The translations under genes and the position numbers were made by a program. This document shows positions 38,993 to 48,171 of a stretch of 64,000 nucleotides of DNA, in pieces. Numbering within the stretch: position 1 is the first letter of the stretch; each line of letters starts with the position of its first letter. The DNA comes from Escherichia coli (lineage in GTDB: Bacteria; Pseudomonadota; Gammaproteobacteria; Enterobacterales; Enterobacteriaceae). The notes beneath the pieces were generated by a model, which did no database searches, had not been told where the DNA came from, and saw nothing but the letters and a program-made list of their open reading frames with translations. The DNA is taken from NCBI GenBank assembly GCA_025336685.1, contig GCA_025336685.1_4717.1; one strand, given 5' to 3'.

Positions 38993-39465
38993 ACAGCCGC
39001 CTCTTCTTTTCGTTTGATGTCGTAACGAAGTTTCTTCAGTCGCTCTTCGTGATATTCGATCTGCTGCTGGATTTTTGGATCGTTGCCCGCATTCTGTTGC
39101 TTTTGCTTCAGTGACAAAATCCAATACTCCAACGCTTGGGCTTCTTCTTTGGCTGCTTGTAACGACGCTTCTTCACGTTCGCTGCGCCAGATGCGATAAC
39201 GGTAAATAAGCGTGTTGGTCATTTGAGTGTCGGACCATGAACCCATGCGCATCGGGTCAGTATTACCCGCGTTGTACAACCCATTACCAACACCGTCTTC
39301 ATCAGAAACCACAACATCCGGGATTTTATCCAACCCAGCAAGGATCTGTTGTTTCTGTCCACACAGCACCTCGGTGGCAATGGCGAAACCGTACATGTTG
39401 GCGGTCAGGTAAGCAATCTCGTTTTTGGTGAAGAACTCACCAAGTGCTTTATCACCACCTGGCAT
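38989..39465 (-). CDS. hypothetical coiled-coil protein, intact 3' ORF of a frame-disrupted gene (158 aa)
   Basis: First ATG at 39465; frame stays open without a start for 66 further codons upstream to 39663; codon usage optimised. Confidence 0.6.
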   Translation of the reverse strand: MPGGDKALGEFFTKNEIAYLTANMYGFAIATEVLCGQKQQILAGLDKIPDVVVSDEDGVGNGLYNAGNTDPMRMGSWSDTQMTNTLIYRYRIWRSEREEASLQAAKEEAQALEYWILSLKQKQQNAGNDPKIQQQIEYHEERLKKLRYDIKRKEEAAV

Positions 39466-40121
39466 GCTTTCGCAGATGACTGTCGCACGAAGCAGCGTAC
39501 GAGCGTAGCTAACGTAGAAGCCCAGGGACTCAACAAGACGTACCAGAGCGGCTTCTTTGAAACTCAGACCGTCGGCAGCAACATCGATTTCCAGGTTTTT
39601 GTTAACACGTTTAACAATTTCTGGAATCAGATCAACAGCATTACGTAGCGCTATGAACGTTTTCTACCCAGCTTCCAGAGCGAACGCGGGTTAAACGCTG
39701 ATGCAGATCCTTGTCAGCGAGTTTCCATAAGGCGCTTTCCCTTTTGGAGAAGCGGAGCGGATGTCTCGTAGGCGGAATCGCGGTGTTGTTGATTTCGTCA
39801 CGGATCGATTCAAGTGCGTCAGCAACACCGGCAGGTTTAAAAGCGGCTTCAAACTGCGAATGAATTCTTTAAAATCAATTGCCATGAGTGAGCAATTCCG
39901 CGCTATTTCGAACAGGTTACGTGTGTTAACGAATCTGTGGGACGTTTCCGGTACGGAGGCCTGGAGGATCGTCAGAAGATCAACCCGAGGTTGACGAACT
40001 GTTGATTTTTCCAGCTGTTTGAAGCTTACTGTGGTCCCTTGATCCAAGCTGTGGAAATAGAAGGTCACCATCTCTTCAGCTTGTCGATGATGATCAACTG
40101 CATTGCAAGGGCTTCAGCCAT
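39466..40121 (-). pseudogene. frame-disrupted 5' region of the gene ending at 38989 (at least two frame changes)
   Basis: Three minus-strand frames each carry protein-like open stretches (40121-40065, 40071-39691, about 39880-39664) separated by frame switches; ATG at 40121 lies 13 nt after the upstream stop. Confidence 0.4.
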
Positions 40122-40133
40122 GACTTTCACGTG

Positions 40134-41021
40134 TTATAGCCGACAAACGACGTCCGATTCATGCCTGATGGCTTCCTGGTTAGCCTTAGAGATGATATAG
40201 GTGGAGGCGATTGCTCCAGAAGAAGGGATCTTTGTGCTCGCTGCAGCTTTTGCGGCATTGATGCGCGCAGCATTAACAGCCTTGCGGATACCCTCTTTAT
40301 CCATACGTGAGATTCGTTTGTGTTCACGAACCAGGTCACTAAGCAGGATCATGTCGCTCCAGAAAGACAGCTCACCCGCCATCATGCGATGCCAACGTGC
40401 TCGCCAGGTGTTCTGTGGGCCGCCGATCGCTAAAATCGACGCAAGCACTTCCGCTGGTGAACTTGCAATACGCATGCTGATGTTCAATGGCATTTTCATC
40501 GTTGCCTGACCATCGGTCAGCGTCACGGTTAAGAACTTGCCGGTGACCGCGTTTGCATCTTTGTTCAGCAATTCGATCGCTGCGTCGCTGGCCCCAACAT
40601 CGAGGCTATTTTTTTGTTTCCCCAGCAGGTTGAATCCTTTGTCATCAAGGAAAACAAGGCTTTTGCTATCCGCACTTTCCAGTGCTAATTTAACAGCCTT
40701 ATCCATCATGTTAGCGTTACGGTTTGGATTCACACGACCCAGCGTTTTATCGACACTGATATTACCCACCTGCATGATGGTGTTCAACGCCAGTAAATAG
40801 AACCCGGTATACATATTTTCAGCGGTGCGCATGCAGTTGCCTAACGCATTGCGTGCGTCGCTATAATACAACTCACGTTCAAAGATCAACGGCGCGATAA
40901 CGCGTGAAGGTTGTGAGAGTTCAACCAGCGAACCTGGCTGGATAAGTTTATTAACTTCGTAGACTTTAGCGATACCGGACGCAACAACGTTAACAGCGTC
41001 GGCAATTTCTGATGCTACCAT
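40134..41021 (-). CDS. hypothetical protein (295 aa)
   Basis: ATG at 41021 with AAGGA SD. Confidence 0.8.
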   Translation of the reverse strand: MVASEIADAVNVVASGIAKVYEVNKLIQPGSLVELSQPSRVIAPLIFERELYYSDARNALGNCMRTAENMYTGFYLLALNTIMQVGNISVDKTLGRVNPNRNANMMDKAVKLALESADSKSLVFLDDKGFNLLGKQKNSLDVGASDAAIELLNKDANAVTGKFLTVTLTDGQATMKMPLNISMRIASSPAEVLASILAIGGPQNTWRARWHRMMAGELSFWSDMILLSDLVREHKRISRMDKEGIRKAVNAARINAAKAAASTKIPSSGAIASTYIISKANQEAIRHESDVVCRL

Positions 41022-41055
41022 ATTGAAATCCTTATTTACAAATAAAGGAAAGAAA

Positions 41056-41265
41056 ATGTCTAATTACTACGACCAAGCTATTCAAACCATTCAGGAAGAT
41101 AATGCGTCGTTAACACCCGAAGCTGTGGAGGCAGCGGGCAATGCGGTGTTATTCACTGATTCAGATTGGGCAATGGCGCGGAAGAATATTCGTACCAGTG
41201 TCGGTCAAGGGACATACGGACAGTATCGCCAGACGGTATCGGAATGTGTCACCTATTCCGGGTAA
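41056..41265 (+). CDS. small ORF (69 aa), possibly the 5' part of the downstream gene joined by a +1 frameshift
   Basis: ATG with AAAGGAAAG SD only 34 nt from the divergent start at 41021; overlaps 41141-42259 by 125 nt in another frame. Confidence 0.35.
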   Translation: MSNYYDQAIQTIQEDNASLTPEAVEAAGNAVLFTDSDWAMARKNIRTSVGQGTYGQYRQTVSECVTYSG

Positions 41266-42259
41266 CAGTCCGATTCCGATTAACCGCGATCATGCCGGTA
41301 TTACCTTCTTCACACGACCTAATTTACATCTTACCGACGCGAACTTAAAACGAGATCGACGTTTGTGGTCGTTACGTACGGATAACCCTAACAGTATTCA
41401 GGCTGTTGTCCGTGACTACTTGGACCCTGTGGGTGCCAGAAAGCGGAACCATCGAGGACGTGCCATCGTCGATGAGCGCAATCCATTCATAAGTATACTG
41501 ACGGACAACCTGACGGATATCAGCGGTTTCAATGACATGGAAATGCAGGTCTATCAGGGTAAACCGGGATTACGCCAAGAAACCGTTGTGATGGCTGACG
41601 GTTCAGTGGATATGTTTCAACCCTATAACCTGAACGCGACGTTCAAGAACATCATGGGTAACCCCATCATGTTCCTTCATTATATTTGGTTGATTTACAT
41701 CGCTGGTGTGCATAATGGTGAACTGACGCCAAGCCCTCAGGCCATCATCGACAATGAAATGGATTACTGGACAAGATGTTATCGTATCATCCTGGATCCG
41801 ACTGGGATGTATGTTCGTTATATCTTCGCACCGACCGCGATGTTTCCTGTCGGGTTACCGACTGGTAATATGGCTAACTACAGCATCGATAAACCCTTCA
41901 CGCAAGATAACGAACGTATCACTATTCCATACCAAGCGGTTGGTAACAACGCATTCGATGAAATTCTGAAGGATGAATTCAATCGACTTGTCCTGATGTT
42001 CTATTACGGTGAGAACGATACCCGTACGTTCCTTGAAGATGAGGAGTTGGTACCTATTTCACCCTACGAGCGTCGAATCATGTCGTATCGTGTCGATATG
42101 TATCCATTTATTCATCCGTTGACCTCAGAGCTTCTTTGGTTCGTACCCGCTGATGCTTACAACGAATTCTATCTGGATCTTGAGCCATCGGCGTTACCAC
42201 CGGATACGTTCAGTCGCGATCTTGTCCGTACCACCATTCCGCAAAATTACGAGGGATAA
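41141..42259 (+). CDS. hypothetical protein (372 aa)
   Basis: ATG at 41141 with GGAGG 9 nt upstream; first gene of a plus-strand cluster. Confidence 0.7.
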   Translation: MRCYSLIQIGQWRGRIFVPVSVKGHTDSIARRYRNVSPIPGNSPIPINRDHAGITFFTRPNLHLTDANLKRDRRLWSLRTDNPNSIQAVVRDYLDPVGARKRNHRGRAIVDERNPFISILTDNLTDISGFNDMEMQVYQGKPGLRQETVVMADGSVDMFQPYNLNATFKNIMGNPIMFLHYIWLIYIAGVHNGELTPSPQAIIDNEMDYWTRCYRIILDPTGMYVRYIFAPTAMFPVGLPTGNMANYSIDKPFTQDNERITIPYQAVGNNAFDEILKDEFNRLVLMFYYGENDTRTFLEDEELVPISPYERRIMSYRVDMYPFIHPLTSELLWFVPADAYNEFYLDLEPSALPPDTFSRDLVRTTIPQNYEG

Positions 42260-42262
42260 TAA

Positions 42263-43378
42263 ATGAGCGTAACCAACAAAGATCTTGCTGAACAGCTCAA
42301 TCGCTATATGCTTTCACCCATTGAAATGCAGGCTGTTGCAAGCGATATGATCCGTTTGGCTTCCGATGGTGAGTTAACCCTGGTTGACCCCAGCTGTCCG
42401 TTTGTTTATCTGCTGGAGGTTGCAACGGCGACGGCTGCGAACCAGAACGCGCGGGATGAATCCCGTGTTCGCGAACTGTATCCGAAACTTGCAACCAACT
42501 GGAGCCAGCTCTATCGTTGGATGTATGACGAGTCGTACGTCGGACGTTTCGCAATGCCGGGTAAAACGGAAATCATTTATTCGTTAGGGTATCAGGAAAT
42601 CCTCGATCGTGCTGTAGAGATTCCAAACACCGCCGCATCCGATGATTTAAGCCGTTCTTACAGCCGTAAGTTAGTGATACCACGTACGACGGTGTTTACG
42701 GTAGCCGGAATGGATTTCGGGCTGCATTATCCCATCGAAATCCAAGTGCAGGCGCACGACCAGATACGCGTTGTTTATAACACTGATAACATCAGCCCGC
42801 TGCAAACCTTGGAGAGTAACCAAGTTGAGTATGGTGTTGTTCGTGTAAAAGCGGGTAAAGTGTTGGTGATGCGTATCCCACTGTTCCAGTTTAAAACGCT
42901 GGTAAAAGATGTGCCGTTTAACAGCGTTCACGGGATGAACAGCAGCATTACCTTCGAAGATCAGTTTTACCATTGTCGTGCGTACATGTCGTCGGATAAC
43001 GATACCTGGACGGAGATAGCGACAACCCACAGCCAGCAGATCTACGATCCGTTAACACCGACCATCGCGTTACAAGTAGAAGGGAACAAACTTAACTGGC
43101 GTGTTCCTGAAATTTATTTGTCTCAAGGTACGATGGATAAAAGCACCATTCGACTCGAGGTGTTGACGACGAAAGGGAAAATCAGCGTCGACCCGTCTGA
43201 TTACGACGTGACTGATTGGAAAGATAATTACATCGATCTGTCACCAAAAGCCGAACAGAAATACAGTGCGCCGCTAAGTGCGTTCAACATTAAAGGGATT
43301 TATAGTGAAGGGGCGTTGTCGGGTGGACGATCTGCGTTAACATTCGAGGAACAACGTGAACGCGTTATGGCGAAGTGA
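42263..43378 (+). CDS. hypothetical protein (371 aa)
   Basis: ATG with GAGGGA SD; 3-nt gap to upstream gene. Confidence 0.85.
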   Translation: MSVTNKDLAEQLNRYMLSPIEMQAVASDMIRLASDGELTLVDPSCPFVYLLEVATATAANQNARDESRVRELYPKLATNWSQLYRWMYDESYVGRFAMPGKTEIIYSLGYQEILDRAVEIPNTAASDDLSRSYSRKLVIPRTTVFTVAGMDFGLHYPIEIQVQAHDQIRVVYNTDNISPLQTLESNQVEYGVVRVKAGKVLVMRIPLFQFKTLVKDVPFNSVHGMNSSITFEDQFYHCRAYMSSDNDTWTEIATTHSQQIYDPLTPTIALQVEGNKLNWRVPEIYLSQGTMDKSTIRLEVLTTKGKISVDPSDYDVTDWKDNYIDLSPKAEQKYSAPLSAFNIKGIYSEGALSGGRSALTFEEQRERVMAK

Positions 43379-44712
43379 ACAAAACCGGAGTACCGATCAC
43401 GGGAACACAGGTAGAGCTGGTGCTTCAAGATGCGGGTTATGGGATGGTAACCACTATCGACAACGTAACCAATCGTTCGTTCCTGGCAACCCGAGATTTA
43501 CCGCAATTGAGCGACAGCGTGCCGCAAGCCGGTTCGTTGATGGGGTCTTTCTATACTTCAGCCGCAGCGTTGGTGAAAAGTAAGTTTGTCGCCGATAACG
43601 GCGATCGTATCACGATTAAACCGGACTGTCTGTATCGCGACAGTAACGGAAGTATCGCACTGTTGTCGGACGATGAAATTGACCGTATTAATGCAGGTAA
43701 CTCTGATGCGAAGTTGAACGCGGTAAACAACGCCATGTTGTTTTACAGCCCGTTTCATTACGTGTTGGATGCGACAAGCGATTTCGACATTCATGCTTAT
43801 TACCTGGATGCTCCTAAGATCGGCACACAAGCATTCCTCGACGCGAACGAGACAATCCCGTTAACCGCTATGGTGACCGGATACCGTCTGGATCGTATCG
43901 CTGAAGGATATCGTCTAAGCCTCATTGTAGAAGGTAACGACGCATGGAAGGCGCTCGACGATAAAAACGTGCACGTGCAGCTGGGGTTCAATCCGCGGGG
44001 TGAGGGTGATTATGCGACGATGTTAGCATCACCGACAACCGATGAACAAGGTCGTCGTTTGTTCACCTTCGATATCACCACGAATTATGATTTCACGCGA
44101 ATCCTGGCCGATGATTCCACGGCGTATGAACCATATATCGCATTGACCTCTTTCTCGATGTATGAATCGACACCGCGGGATTACTGGGCATCACTGCAGC
44201 AGTATTTGGAAATCTTCCATGTGGTGACGGATTATGCGCCGGAAGATGTCGACGGTATTTTACACAGTGCTTCCGATAATTACCTGGTTAAGAAACTTAC
44301 GCTTCAAAATGGGTATTGTTTCTACCGTGAACGTCTCACCGCAACCTTTGGTTATGATCTGGATGGTCTTTGGATGCGCTCTCGTACGGTAGCCTCGGAG
44401 ATTACGTATAAACGTTACACCGAGAACATTCCGTGGGTGTATGAAGAAGATATTCCAGCGACGGATGAGACCGGTTCGGTTATCATTGAACAAGGTGATG
44501 ACGGTACGCTGTCAGTTAAATACCTGCATCGTAAAGGTGACCCGAAATTAAACAGTGATGGAAGCCAAGCCTATCGTTATCTGAAAGGCGACATCATGAA
44601 AGATAATTACGGTAATCCGATCCTGTCGATGAACGTGAAGTTCTGCGTAGCCTGGACATGTTCTTTATTGATGCGTCGTATCTGCTTTAGCGAACGATAC
44701 GGACGTGATTGA
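43375..44712 (+). CDS. hypothetical protein (445 aa)
   Basis: GTG start overlapping upstream stop (GTGA); start uncertain. Confidence 0.8.
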   Translation: MNKTGVPITGTQVELVLQDAGYGMVTTIDNVTNRSFLATRDLPQLSDSVPQAGSLMGSFYTSAAALVKSKFVADNGDRITIKPDCLYRDSNGSIALLSDDEIDRINAGNSDAKLNAVNNAMLFYSPFHYVLDATSDFDIHAYYLDAPKIGTQAFLDANETIPLTAMVTGYRLDRIAEGYRLSLIVEGNDAWKALDDKNVHVQLGFNPRGEGDYATMLASPTTDEQGRRLFTFDITTNYDFTRILADDSTAYEPYIALTSFSMYESTPRDYWASLQQYLEIFHVVTDYAPEDVDGILHSASDNYLVKKLTLQNGYCFYRERLTATFGYDLDGLWMRSRTVASEITYKRYTENIPWVYEEDIPATDETGSVIIEQGDDGTLSVKYLHRKGDPKLNSDGSQAYRYLKGDIMKDNYGNPILSMNVKFCVAWTCSLLMRRICFSERYGRD

Positions 44713-45257
44713 GTATCGTAACACGATTCCTACGCAGCTTATCGGAGTGGATCAAGAACGATATCATCACATTCAGGAATTTCTGTTATGAGGAAACAGA
44801 GATTTCACTGTATCCTAAACAATCGTTGGGGTATGTGGATGTTATTGTCGAAAACGGATTGGAAACAACGCTTCCTGCCGCTCTATCGTTCAACGTGACG
44901 CTTTACTTACCAGCTAAGCAATACGCGGATTTGGATCTCCGTCAAGTCCTTCAAGCGATGGTATCGAAAGTCATCAACGAATGCTTAACGTCCCGTACGG
45001 TGGCTAAAGCAGAAATGATCGCGATGATTCGTGAGGAGGGTGGTGACGACATCCTTAACGTTGAAATCGATGATTTTGGACCAGGTAAGAACCTCAGTGT
45101 TTATACTGCGAAGAACGATGGTGTTCGCTGCGCGGTGAAGAAAGAGCTTTATGTGAAAGCGGATGGTATCTTGTCCGTACGTGAAGCGATCGATGTAAGT
45201 TTTGTGAAACATGCACAAAGCAACAGTTCGGCATTAGCGCAAGGCCTTCGTGTCTAA
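44709..45257 (+). CDS. hypothetical protein (182 aa)
   Basis: TTG start overlapping upstream stop (TTGA); no in-frame ATG until aa 88; start uncertain. Confidence 0.65.
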   Translation: MSIVTRFLRSLSEWIKNDIITFRNFCYEETEISLYPKQSLGYVDVIVENGLETTLPAALSFNVTLYLPAKQYADLDLRQVLQAMVSKVINECLTSRTVAKAEMIAMIREEGGDDILNVEIDDFGPGKNLSVYTAKNDGVRCAVKKELYVKADGILSVREAIDVSFVKHAQSNSSALAQGLRV

Positions 45258-45278
45258 AACAAAATAGCATGAGCATAA

Positions 45279-45310
45279 CCCTCCTCCAACCCGTAAGGGA
45301 AGGAGGAGGG
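45279..45310. terminator. junction hairpin CCCTCCTCC-AA-CCC-GTAA-GGG-AA-GGAGGAGGG between convergent genes
   Basis: Identical to the 19727 copy; flanked by CATAA and AATATG. Confidence 0.55.
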
Positions 45311-45319
45311 AATATGTTG

Positions 45320-48112
45320 TTATCTTACGTTGCTGCTATTCTGCTGTTCGCTGAACCAACAGTACACCTTGAGATCGGTACCGTATTTCAATGCGATATA
45401 CGCATTCAGTGCGGCACAGAACAAAGACGCGAATGCCCATATCAGTGAAGGATCAACATCTTCCGTTACCACCCGGGGAGTATTATCCGGTTCCCATGAT
45501 GGAGAACTGTCCATGAACGTCGTGTACCATTCCCGCCGTTGTTCTTCAGTGGTAAAGTCACTATGAGGCTCCAGCGCTTCTTTTGCCAGACGTCGATATT
45601 CGAACACATACGTTGCGAAAGCCGATGAGTTACCAGATTCGCCTTCATAGTTCGGATCCACCGCACAACAGAGTTCTGTGGAATTTAACAAAGCAATCGC
45701 TTGTATGATGCTGTCGGCAGTGCCTGCACTATAGAGCTCGATAGACCGCGAAAGCTTTTCACAGAACGTATTTAACGCGGTAGGATTGGACACCTGAAGG
45801 TCGAGGCCTAATGTCCACGGATAGTTACTGAACACACCCGTAAACCGCGGCATAACACCCAACAGATGTTGTCCGATTACGGCACGGTTATAAACAGCCC
45901 GGTTATAGACTTGAAACGCAGCCTCCAAGGCTTGGTTATAATGACGACGAAGTTCATCACGCGAGTTGCGGAATCTGTTTGCCGCAAGACTTGTGGCTGC
46001 GACGCTACAAACATCGTAATCGGTGGACGAGAGCACGGTTTCGTTAAGATCGAACGCTTCCTGTTTCAATGTTCCGCTAACCGCTGTCGCTTCGCTGTTT
46101 GCTTTATCGACAACAGTACTCAAAGCGTTGATGTAACGTTTAGCTCGGACCTCCAACCATTGTGCGATGCCGAGAATATCCACCGCAGCTTTAGCAAGAT
46201 CGCGGGCGTTCACGATTTCGTTCTTCAACGCACCTAAACCTTTATTCTCAGGCGAAGAGGCTTGTTGACGAATCATGCTGTTCAACATGGTAAGCAGATT
46301 ATCCAACTCATGCCCACTGACCTTGTTACGCGCATCGGTAACTGGTCCTTGCAGGAATTTACGGCAACCGTCGTTGTATCGAATCAGTTTATCCACATCG
46401 ATAGATTCGTTCGTGGATTCCTTGAACTGATCCTTCAATTCTTCACGGTAGTCATGGATTTCACTTGCGAGATTATCGATAGTGATGCCGTTATGTCCAA
46501 GAAGAACTTTATTGAAGTTACCTTTCTCGAATGCAAGAGCAAGACCTTCACGAATCTTAGCGAGTTTATCCTGATCGAGTTCGCGACCGTTCGATAGCTC
46601 TTTCACTTCCGAGCTGATTAGTGCCGCAACGTTACCCAGATTGTCGGTAACCCCTTTGAACGCTCCCGACCAGATCGTTCCTGCTCCAGCGTATTTCGCA
46701 ATGGTCTGAATACCGACGGTGTGCAACGACGCTAAACGTTTCTTTGTGCCTTCGGTAAGCAGAGCGTCTTTAGCTCGCGTAAGTTGACTGTTATTCGCTT
46801 CCGCCTGCTGAATCGCTGCTTTCGCACTTCCATTACGCCAGCTCTTAACCAGCCAATCAACCAAACGTTTTAGGATATTGACGGTGTATTCCATTGTCCG
46901 CCGTAACGTTTCCCACGCGCTTTCTGCGGTATAGATGCCGTACCCTTCCATCTTCGTTGGGTCAAAGAAACCTTCCTGCACGAGATCAGTACGTGTGTAG
47001 CCATCAGCAGCTTCTACTTCCGCCTGGGTTTTATCCCAGAAGTCGTCGCTCTTTGCAGCAACCGCTGTATCTTTAACGTCCAGGATGATCTGACCAACCG
47101 TTTGTGCAAACAGCAAGGCCGCACGTACCGATTGTGCGAACATCCGCTGATATTTGATTCGAACGCATTGCATCTGGGTTAGCAGATTCAGTTGTGCGAT
47201 CCCATCCAAGGTGCTATCCTGAGCAAGCCCTTCGGCTTTAGCGATAACCTGTTTTACACGTTCAGCGACATCACCGTACTGCTGGCAAACATCCCGCAGA
47301 ATACGTGCCGCGAAGACCCCGGTACCGATATAGTTCAATAGGTCTTTTAACGACCATTCGGTCGGGCAATCGGTCGGCGCAATAGGGAGTAAGCAACCAT
47401 CACCGTCCATGAATCTCTCTAATGCGCTAATATCCTGATTTTCTACGCTCATGGGGATATCGACATCAGCCGCTTGCGGATCCAGCATCTGTTGTAGGAT
47501 GTTGGTATCGGCTTGTACAAGCGTCACAAGCGCTTGGCTGTGTGCGATTATTGGTAACGCAGGTGACCATACTGCAGCAAGCTTGTCGGCGTGACGTTGA
47601 ATGGCGTACCCCATATCCTCGATCACATCGGGATGCTCGATAACCCCCTGAAGCGTTTGATGTAGCTCACTGAGTTGCTGAGACAGATCGACCATCATGG
47701 TGTTGAAGGTTTCGCCATCCTCTTTATGGTTGTCCAGACGCTCGAGTTCATGTCGAAGCAATGTGACGAGCTGTCCGCTGCCTTCTTGCTTCAGCTTGCT
47801 TTCCATTAACGTAATGGCTTTATCGACGATCCGACACGCTTCATGAAAACCGGTTGTGGAAGGAAGCTCTGTCCATAACGCCAGCGGTTTACCGTCAAGG
47901 GCTTCCGACATCGATAACGAAAGCATAGACAGTTGTTGACGTGATACTTGCTGTTCACGGTGTAATGTTTCTTTTAACGCCAGGAGATCGTCAAGAAACG
48001 CGCCGTTAAGGGTGGTCGTACGTGGTGTTGAATTAATACCGTCAGTTAACGATTCAAGCACCAGGAGACCGTTATCAGCTGAAGAGAGTCCCGCGGCAAG
48101 ATATTTGTTCAT
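45320..48112 (-). CDS. large hypothetical virion-associated protein (about 930 aa)
   Basis: ORF-track start 48169 is GTG inside the hairpin region; ATG at 48112 has GGAG SD; N-terminal LLVLES motif. Confidence 0.85.
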   Translation of the reverse strand: MNKYLAAGLSSADNGLLVLESLTDGINSTPRTTTLNGAFLDDLLALKETLHREQQVSRQQLSMLSLSMSEALDGKPLALWTELPSTTGFHEACRIVDKAITLMESKLKQEGSGQLVTLLRHELERLDNHKEDGETFNTMMVDLSQQLSELHQTLQGVIEHPDVIEDMGYAIQRHADKLAAVWSPALPIIAHSQALVTLVQADTNILQQMLDPQAADVDIPMSVENQDISALERFMDGDGCLLPIAPTDCPTEWSLKDLLNYIGTGVFAARILRDVCQQYGDVAERVKQVIAKAEGLAQDSTLDGIAQLNLLTQMQCVRIKYQRMFAQSVRAALLFAQTVGQIILDVKDTAVAAKSDDFWDKTQAEVEAADGYTRTDLVQEGFFDPTKMEGYGIYTAESAWETLRRTMEYTVNILKRLVDWLVKSWRNGSAKAAIQQAEANNSQLTRAKDALLTEGTKKRLASLHTVGIQTIAKYAGAGTIWSGAFKGVTDNLGNVAALISSEVKELSNGRELDQDKLAKIREGLALAFEKGNFNKVLLGHNGITIDNLASEIHDYREELKDQFKESTNESIDVDKLIRYNDGCRKFLQGPVTDARNKVSGHELDNLLTMLNSMIRQQASSPENKGLGALKNEIVNARDLAKAAVDILGIAQWLEVRAKRYINALSTVVDKANSEATAVSGTLKQEAFDLNETVLSSTDYDVCSVAATSLAANRFRNSRDELRRHYNQALEAAFQVYNRAVYNRAVIGQHLLGVMPRFTGVFSNYPWTLGLDLQVSNPTALNTFCEKLSRSIELYSAGTADSIIQAIALLNSTELCCAVDPNYEGESGNSSAFATYVFEYRRLAKEALEPHSDFTTEEQRREWYTTFMDSSPSWEPDNTPRVVTEDVDPSLIWAFASLFCAALNAYIALKYGTDLKVYCWFSEQQNSSNVR

Positions 48113-48127
48113 AAAACACTCCGTTGG

Positions 48128-48158
48128 CCTAGGGGAAGGCTGAAAACCTTCCCCTAGG
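48128..48158 (-). terminator. hairpin with perfect 12-bp stem CCTAGGGGAAGG / CCTTCCCCTAGG
   Basis: Between stop of 48172-50967 and start of 45320-48112; divergent member of the hairpin family. Confidence 0.45.
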
Positions 48159-48171
48159 GTTATAAACACAA

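Noticed and set aside
45314-45448. 44-codon ORF beginning at the ATG directly after the 45279 hairpin (MLLSYVAAILLFAEPTVHLEIGTVFQ...)
   Set aside because: Entirely antisense to the 3' end of the 930-aa gene; the ATG is part of the hairpin's conserved TATG flank, so the start codon is explained by the motif rather than by coding.
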